A stretch of DNA of 64,000 bases from Trueperaceae bacterium (lineage in GTDB: Bacteria; Deinococcota; Deinococci; Deinococcales; Trueperaceae), in assembly GCA_965213925.1 (NCBI GenBank), contig OZ243927.1, forward strand, positions 2,048,001 through 2,112,000. Reading direction: 5' to 3'. The translations under genes and the position numbers were made by a program. This document shows, in pieces, positions 58,422 through 64,000 of the stretch. The notes below the pieces were generated by a model. The model had not been told where the DNA came from. It saw nothing but the letters and a program-made list of their open reading frames with translations, and did not search any database. Every line of letters begins with the position of its first letter. Positions within the stretch are counted from its first letter, which is position 1.

Positions 58422-59714
58422 TTAGAAATTACTGTTGTACTGCTCCAGAGCGTTATCCGCCAAACGCTTTGCCTCTTCTAACGCCGCGTCCACCTCTTGA
58501 CCATTTAAGACCTTTTGAATCGCCTCTTCGATGATGGTGCGGATTTCGGGGAAGGGTCCCATGAGTGCGCCCGCTGTAGCGGGGACGGTCTCGGTGTTCT
58601 CGAGCTGGTCAAACGCCACCTCGAAGCGCGGGTTATCGTCGAACCAGTTCTCGGACTCTAACGCCTCCACCGATGAGGTGCGCACCGGGAAGTAGCCTGT
58701 GAGCTTGTGCCAGCTCTCCATGTTTTCGGTGTTGGTCATGTACAGCACGAAGTCGCGGGCGGCGGTGAGTTCCTCTTCCGGGTGGTCTTGCATGATCCAC
58801 ACGCTCGCCCCGCCGACGATGACGCCCGTGCGCTCCGCGTCGTCCGCGATGGGCAAGAGCCCCGTGCCGACCTCGAACGAATCGCCCGCCGCGCTCACGA
58901 TGTTGCCGATATCCGCCGTCGAGGTGATGTGAAACATCGCGTTGCCCTCGGTGAAAATGGCGTCGCTGCCCGACCAATCTTCTAATACGCCCGTGTAGGT
59001 GTAGTAGCCGCTATCATTGAGTTCTTTAATCCAACTCGCGATATTTTTAGCGGCGTCGCTCGTCAGCAAAACTTCGGTGGCTCTGCCGTCACGTCCGTTA
59101 TTGTTGTTCGCTAAGAGTGCGCCCTGCTGCGCCATCCACTGCTCGAAGAACCAGGAGTGGAGGTTAAAGCCGATGCAGTTCGCGCCCACGCCCGCCTCTT
59201 CCGCTGTTTGGCACGCCTCCAAGACTTCACCGTACGTCTGCGGCGGGTTCTCCGGGTCGAGCCCTGCCTCGTTCATCAAGTCTTCGTTCATATAGAGAAT
59301 TGGGTTCGACGAGTTGAAAGGAATCGAGTTGACCGTGCCGTCAATCGTGTAGTAGTTCAGCACAGGCTGAATGTAGTCGTCGGTGCTGAAGTCACCGATC
59401 TGTCCGACCGGCTCGAACAGCCCGGAGTCGACCGCAATCTGGCTGCCGACCTCGAAGACCTGCACGACGTGGGGCGGCTCGCCCTGCCGCGCGGCTAAAA
59501 CTGCGCCGTCCAAGGTTTCGCGGTAGGAGGCTTTGCTCTCGACGACGACGTTGAAGTCGGAGTTTTGCTCGCTCCACTCGGCGGCGCGCTCTTCGATCCA
59601 GCTGCTGCGCGCTTCGTCGCCGAAAGCGTGCCAGAATTCGATGGTGGTTTGGGCGCTCGCGAAGCTGAGCACGGCAAGAAGAGATACCAGCACGACGGTT
59701 AAAAGACGCTTCAT
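58422..59714 (-). CDS. ugpB: ABC substrate-binding protein, UgpB-like (glycerol-3-phosphate/phosphodiester)
   Basis: IEFWH, QVFEVG, PFNSS, GGASVW, WH..TGY.P motifs. Confidence 0.82.
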   Translation of the reverse strand: MKRLLTVVLVSLLAVLSFASAQTTIEFWHAFGDEARSSWIEERAAEWSEQNSDFNVVVESKASYRETLDGAVLAARQGEPPHVVQVFEVGSQIAVDSGLFEPVGQIGDFSTDDYIQPVLNYYTIDGTVNSIPFNSSNPILYMNEDLMNEAGLDPENPPQTYGEVLEACQTAEEAGVGANCIGFNLHSWFFEQWMAQQGALLANNNNGRDGRATEVLLTSDAAKNIASWIKELNDSGYYTYTGVLEDWSGSDAIFTEGNAMFHITSTADIGNIVSAAGDSFEVGTGLLPIADDAERTGVIVGGASVWIMQDHPEEELTAARDFVLYMTNTENMESWHKLTGYFPVRTSSVEALESENWFDDNPRFEVAFDQLENTETVPATAGALMGPFPEIRTIIEEAIQKVLNGQEVDAALEEAKRLADNALEQYNSNF

Positions 59715-59750
59715 CAGATTATTCTCCTTTGACTGCTAGATTGCATAGCC

Positions 59751-59802
59751 ATCATATGAACTTGCGTTCTAGCATGTCAAGTGAGGGTCAGATAGATGTC
59801 AG
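59751..59802 (-). promoter_or_regulatory. ugpB promoter with three 11-bp-spaced direct repeats
   Basis: TTGACA-18-TATGAT on minus; GTCA at 59776, 59787, 59798. Confidence 0.6.
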
Positions 59803-60040
59803 GTTGGGCTCGAGCCTTCTCTCTACACCGCACTGAGTATATTTCGCCCGCGTAGCCGCCTGCACGGTTCCAAGCTTTGAGATATGGTCTAACTATCTGT
59901 CTGGACCGCCTTAGACGGGGATGACAAGAAGAGCAAGCTCGAGCCGAGCCCCTGCACGGTGAGCAGGTACGGTGAGTTTGTACGCCGCAGCTCGAGCTTT
60001 ACCACCGTAAATTAGAGTGTTGTAGAGGAATGAGGAACCA

Positions 60041-61426
60041 ATGGACTACCGAACCGAAAAAGACACGATGGGCGAGATTCAAGTTCCAAGCAACAAGTAC
60101 TGGGGCGCGCAGACCCAACGCTCCCTAGAAAACTTCAAAATCGGCGGGCAGACGATGCCTTTAGAGGTCATCCGCGCCTTCGCCGTGCTGAAAAAAGCCG
60201 CTGCACTCACCAACGCTGAACTGACCGACTTCTCACAGGACAAAGCAGACCTCATCGCGCAGGTCTGCGACGAAATCTCCTCTGGCAAGCTTGACGAGCA
60301 CTTCCCCTTAGTCGTCTGGCAGACGGGCTCGGGTACACAGTCGAACATGAACGTGAACGAAGTCGTCGCGAACCGGGCTATTGAAATCAAGGGGGGCGAG
60401 TTGGGCAGCAAGACGCCCGTTCACCCCAACGACGATGTGAACAAGTCACAGTCGTCTAACGACACCTTTCCTACCGCCATGCACATCGCGGCGTACACCG
60501 CGCTAGTTGAGGGGATGCTGCCCAAAATTCTGACCCTTCACGACACCTTCCGCGCTAAGTCCGAGCAATATATGGACGTGGTCAAAATCGGGCGCACGCA
60601 CCTCATGGACGCGACGCCTGTGACGCTCGGTCAGGAGCTGTCGGGCTACGCCGCGCAGCTTCGCAAGGGGATGGAGGCGGTGGAGAACAGCTTGGAGCAT
60701 CTGCGCGAGTTGGCGCTAGGCGGCACGGCGGTCGGTACGGGTCTCAACACGCCAGAAGGGTTCGCAGAGCGGGTTGCTGAGAAAATCGCCGAGGAGACCG
60801 GGCACCCCTTCATCACGGCGGAGAACAAGTTCGAAGCGCTCTCGGCGCACGACGCGGTGGTGGAAGCGTCCGGGGCGCTCAAACGTTTAGCGGCGAGCCT
60901 CATGACGATTGCTAATAACGTCCGCCTCTTAGCCTCCGGTCCCCGTTGCGGCGTCGGCGAAATCATCATCCCCGAGAACGAGCCCGGCTCGTCCATCATG
61001 CCGGGCAAGGTCAACCCGACGCAAGCCGAAGCGATGACGATGGTCTGCGCGCAGGTCATCGGCAACGACGCGGCGATCACGGTGGGCGGAATGCAGGGGC
61101 ACTTTCAGCTCAACGTTTTTAAGCCCGTGATGATCTACAACTTGCTCACCTCGGCGCAGCTCTTAGGCGACGCTTGCCAATCCTTTAACGACAACTGCGC
61201 GGTGGGCATCGAGCCAAACGAAGGGCGCATAGAAGCGCACCTCAACAACTCGCTCATGCTCGTGACGGCGCTCAATAACCACATCGGCTACGACAAAGCC
61301 GCCAAAATCGCTAAGACGGCGCACGCGCAGGGGTTGACCTTGAAAGAGGCGGCGGTGGAGTTGGACATCCTCACCGAGGAACAGTTCGACGAGATGGTGG
61401 TGCCGGAGCAGATGGTGGGGCGTTGA
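60041..61426 (+). CDS. fumC: Fumarate hydratase class II
   Basis: [29 protein letters not shown]. Confidence 0.98.
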   Translation: MDYRTEKDTMGEIQVPSNKYWGAQTQRSLENFKIGGQTMPLEVIRAFAVLKKAAALTNAELTDFSQDKADLIAQVCDEISSGKLDEHFPLVVWQTGSGTQSNMNVNEVVANRAIEIKGGELGSKTPVHPNDDVNKSQSSNDTFPTAMHIAAYTALVEGMLPKILTLHDTFRAKSEQYMDVVKIGRTHLMDATPVTLGQELSGYAAQLRKGMEAVENSLEHLRELALGGTAVGTGLNTPEGFAERVAEKIAEETGHPFITAENKFEALSAHDAVVEASGALKRLAASLMTIANNVRLLASGPRCGVGEIIIPENEPGSSIMPGKVNPTQAEAMTMVCAQVIGNDAAITVGGMQGHFQLNVFKPVMIYNLLTSAQLLGDACQSFNDNCAVGIEPNEGRIEAHLNNSLMLVTALNNHIGYDKAAKIAKTAHAQGLTLKEAAVELDILTEEQFDEMVVPEQMVGR

Positions 61427-61504
61427 GCGCTTAGGGGCTCGACCCTAAACCTGCCTCTCACGCACCCTACGTCAGCTACGCCCGAGGTACGTTACCCTTG
61501 GGGA

Positions 61505-62536
61505 GTGGCAAACAGCCTGACCGACCAACCTCTAAGCGCGCGCAAGCTCAAGCACGTCGAAGTGTGCTTAACCTACCCGGTGGACTATGAAACGCGCACC
61601 ACGGGCTTCGAACGCTTCGACCTGCCTTACGCCGCGCTGCCTGAAAGCGACCTAAAGAGCGTAGACACCCGCGCGACCTTTTTGGGAAAGACGCTCCGCG
61701 CGCCCCTGCTCATCGGCGCGATGACGGGCGGGGCGGAGCGTTCTGCCATGCTCAACCGCAACTTGGCGCTCGCCGCGCAAGAGGTTGGTGTGGGGCTGAT
61801 GCTGGGCTCGCAAAGGGTGATGCTCGAGCACCCCCACGCCCGCGCCTCCTTCGAGGTGCGCCCCGCTGCGCCCGATATTCTACTCGTCGGCAACTTGGGC
61901 GTCGCCCAGCTCAATAAGGGCTACGGCGCACCTGAACTAGACCGCGCCGCCGACCTCATCGGCGCGGACGCGCTCGCTCTGCACACCAACCCGCTTCAGG
62001 AAGCTTTGCAAGAGGAAGGCGACACGAACTTCGCGGACCTCTTGCCAAAATTGCGCGACCTCGTCCCCCGAGTCTCTTTTCCCGTTTTACTTAAAGAGGT
62101 TGGACATGGACTCAGCGGCGCGGTGGCTGAGCGCGTAAAAGACGTGGGCTTCGCCGCGCTCGACGTGGCGGGGGCGGGCGGCACCTCTTGGGCGAAGGTC
62201 GAGGAATACGTCAACTACGGCGAGGTGCGCCATCCGCAGCTCGCCGAGTGGGGCATTCCGACTGCAACCGCGCTCCAAGAGGTCCACGAAACGCTGCCGC
62301 AGATGCCTTTAATCGCCTCGGGTGGGATTCGCTCGGGGGTGGACGCAGCGAAAGCTATCGCGTTGGGCGCGGAGGTTGTAGCAGTCGCAAGACCGCTTTT
62401 AGAGCCCTCTACGGTGTCGTCTGAAATGGTCGCCGCGTGGCTCGAGCACTTCATCTGGGAACTTCGCGTCGCGATGCACTGTATGGGCGTGAAAGATATC
62501 GCGGCGCTGAAAAAGGTGACGTTAGGGCGGGTATAG
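61505..62536 (+). CDS. fni: Type 2 isopentenyl-diphosphate delta-isomerase
   Basis: RK..H, MTGG, GSQR, H.NPLQE, KEVG, GAGGTSW. Confidence 0.95.
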   Translation: MANSLTDQPLSARKLKHVEVCLTYPVDYETRTTGFERFDLPYAALPESDLKSVDTRATFLGKTLRAPLLIGAMTGGAERSAMLNRNLALAAQEVGVGLMLGSQRVMLEHPHARASFEVRPAAPDILLVGNLGVAQLNKGYGAPELDRAADLIGADALALHTNPLQEALQEEGDTNFADLLPKLRDLVPRVSFPVLLKEVGHGLSGAVAERVKDVGFAALDVAGAGGTSWAKVEEYVNYGEVRHPQLAEWGIPTATALQEVHETLPQMPLIASGGIRSGVDAAKAIALGAEVVAVARPLLEPSTVSSEMVAAWLEHFIWELRVAMHCMGVKDIAALKKVTLGRV

Positions 62537-62542
62537 TGCGCT

Positions 62543-63301
62543 ATGAATCTACAACTCGAGGGTAAAACGGCGCTCGTTACGGGCGCATCTAAGGGCATCG
62601 GTTTCGCAGTTGCACAAGGTCTCGCTGCTGAAGGAACGCGCGTCATTTTGAGCGCGAGAGGTCAGACTGAGCTTTACAAAGCCGCCGAGAACATCCGCGC
62701 CAATGGGGGAGACGCCACCGCTGTCGTCGCGGACGTGAGCGACCAAAGCGGGATTGATGCGCTCTTTGAAGAGGTCGGAAAAATCGCCTCACCGGATATC
62801 CTCGTCGTCAACGCGGGCGGACCGCCTGCGGGCAAACCGACCGCGCTCTCACAGGAGGCGTGGGCGCAAGGCTATGACCTTACGCTTATGTCCGCCGTGC
62901 GTTTGGCATATAAGGCGCTGCCCGCCATGCAGGAGCGAGGCTGGGGGCGCATCCTCAACGTGACGAGCTTATCGGTCAAAGAGCCCATTGACACGCTGAC
63001 CTTATCCAACGCCTTTCGCGCCGCTGTGACGGGTTTCGCCAAAACCCTCTCCACGGAGGTCGCGGCGCAGGGTATCACGGTGAATAACGTCGCGCCTGGC
63101 TACACGGCAACGGAGCGGCTGAACGAGATTTTTGAGGGTGACGAGGACAGGGCGAATTTAGAGCGGAGCATCCCTGCGAAACGCTTCGCTTCGCCCGAAG
63201 AGGTCGCTGCCGCCGCCGTTTTCTTAGCATCACAGCAGGCGGCGTATATCACCGGGCAGACGCTACTCGTAGATGGCGGCGCGACGAAGGGTGTTCTTTA
63301 G
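62543..63301 (+). CDS. SDR family oxidoreductase
   Basis: TGASKGIG, NAGGPP, VDGG. Confidence 0.92.
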   Translation: MNLQLEGKTALVTGASKGIGFAVAQGLAAEGTRVILSARGQTELYKAAENIRANGGDATAVVADVSDQSGIDALFEEVGKIASPDILVVNAGGPPAGKPTALSQEAWAQGYDLTLMSAVRLAYKALPAMQERGWGRILNVTSLSVKEPIDTLTLSNAFRAAVTGFAKTLSTEVAAQGITVNNVAPGYTATERLNEIFEGDEDRANLERSIPAKRFASPEEVAAAAVFLASQQAAYITGQTLLVDGGATKGVL

Positions 63302-63706
63302 GGCGGCTGAAGAGACTGAGTCGCCCATACGCGCTTCGACCTCCGACGTTGCCCAAAGGCCCAGCGCAAGAGCCTATATTACTCAACCTCTTTGAATTGC
63401 GCGCCATCACTTTCCCTGAGGGAGTGCGCGGCGTAGGGGCACCTCTATACACCGTTGTATGAATCGACCCTACTGCATTCGCCTCTTTCTGTGACTTTTC
63501 CAGCGTGGTCTACCAGTATTACACTGGCGTTTCTCAAACCTCAACACGCTAACTTTCCCACGTTCTTCGCCCTTCAAACCCTCCAAAGTGACGTCCTGCA
63601 TACGTTTCTCGTGAAAAACACCATTCTCTTTTATAAAAATCCTGTCAGACTTATCGGTACAGGATAAGAGCCTGACATGCCCCTGGAGGGCGGAAAGAGG
63701 TAATGC

Positions 63707-64000
63707 ATGGATATGACGGAAATGATGAGCTACACCTGGGATTTTCGCCTCGTAGCGCTCTCGTACGTGGTGGCGTCGGTGGCGTCGTTCGCGGCGCTCA
63801 CGCTCGCGGGTAAGGTCAAGGACGCCGAGGGTCAAGGTCTCTGGATGTGGCTCGGCGGGAGCGCGTTCACGATGGGTATCGGCATCTGGTCGATGCACTT
63901 CGTCGGCATGTTGGCGCTGAGAATGGACATGCCGATGTCGTATGACCTCACGCTTACGGCGCTCTCGGTCGTCGCCGCGTTTATCGCTTCGGGCATCGCG
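63707..64000 (+). CDS. MHYT-domain sensor protein, 5' part (runs off window)
   Basis: Manual translation ...LVALSYVVA...MGIGIWSMHFVGMLA; GAGG RBS. Confidence 0.88.
   Translation, partial: MDMTEMMSYTWDFRLVALSYVVASVASFAALTLAGKVKDAEGQGLWMWLGGSAFTMGIGIWSMHFVGMLALRMDMPMSYDLTLTALSVVAAFIASGIA

Noticed and set aside
63470..63898. 142-aa minus-strand ORF
   Set aside because: Antisense to the MHYT gene start

Overview
GC-rich bacterial chromosomal window. Gene content and order (Thermus-type hpa/paa cluster, bshB1, fni, ftsX-envC) suggest Deinococcota, possibly Trueperaceae-like; this is inference, not a search result. It contains an aromatic-acid catabolism region (paaK, PucR-type regulator, hpaC-I-G-E-B-D, Liv-type ABC importer with PaaR-like boxes), guaA, an acyl-CoA ligase/ABC operon, a MoxR-DUF58-3xVWA cluster, a Zn-ribbon class III cyclase-ATPase, a PadR gene with two tandem membrane sensor paralogues, ftsX/envC, bshB1, plsY, a rhomboid, a Crp-family regulator, a fasciclin, ugpBAE-like genes, fumC and fni. 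No tRNA, rRNA, CRISPR array or transposase was seen. Most notable: (1) a MITE with 15-bp TIRs and 5-bp target duplications that wraps a REP-like palindrome (2 complete copies plus 2 core-only copies); (2) a ~470-nt hairpin-dense intergenic region, a candidate ncRNA; (3) unrelated passenger genes (VapBC-like pair, orphan CdiI-like immunity gene, DUF805, 3x Uma2) coupled inside metabolic operons; (4) strong local iteration of CTCGAG. All family calls come from motif recognition without database searches.
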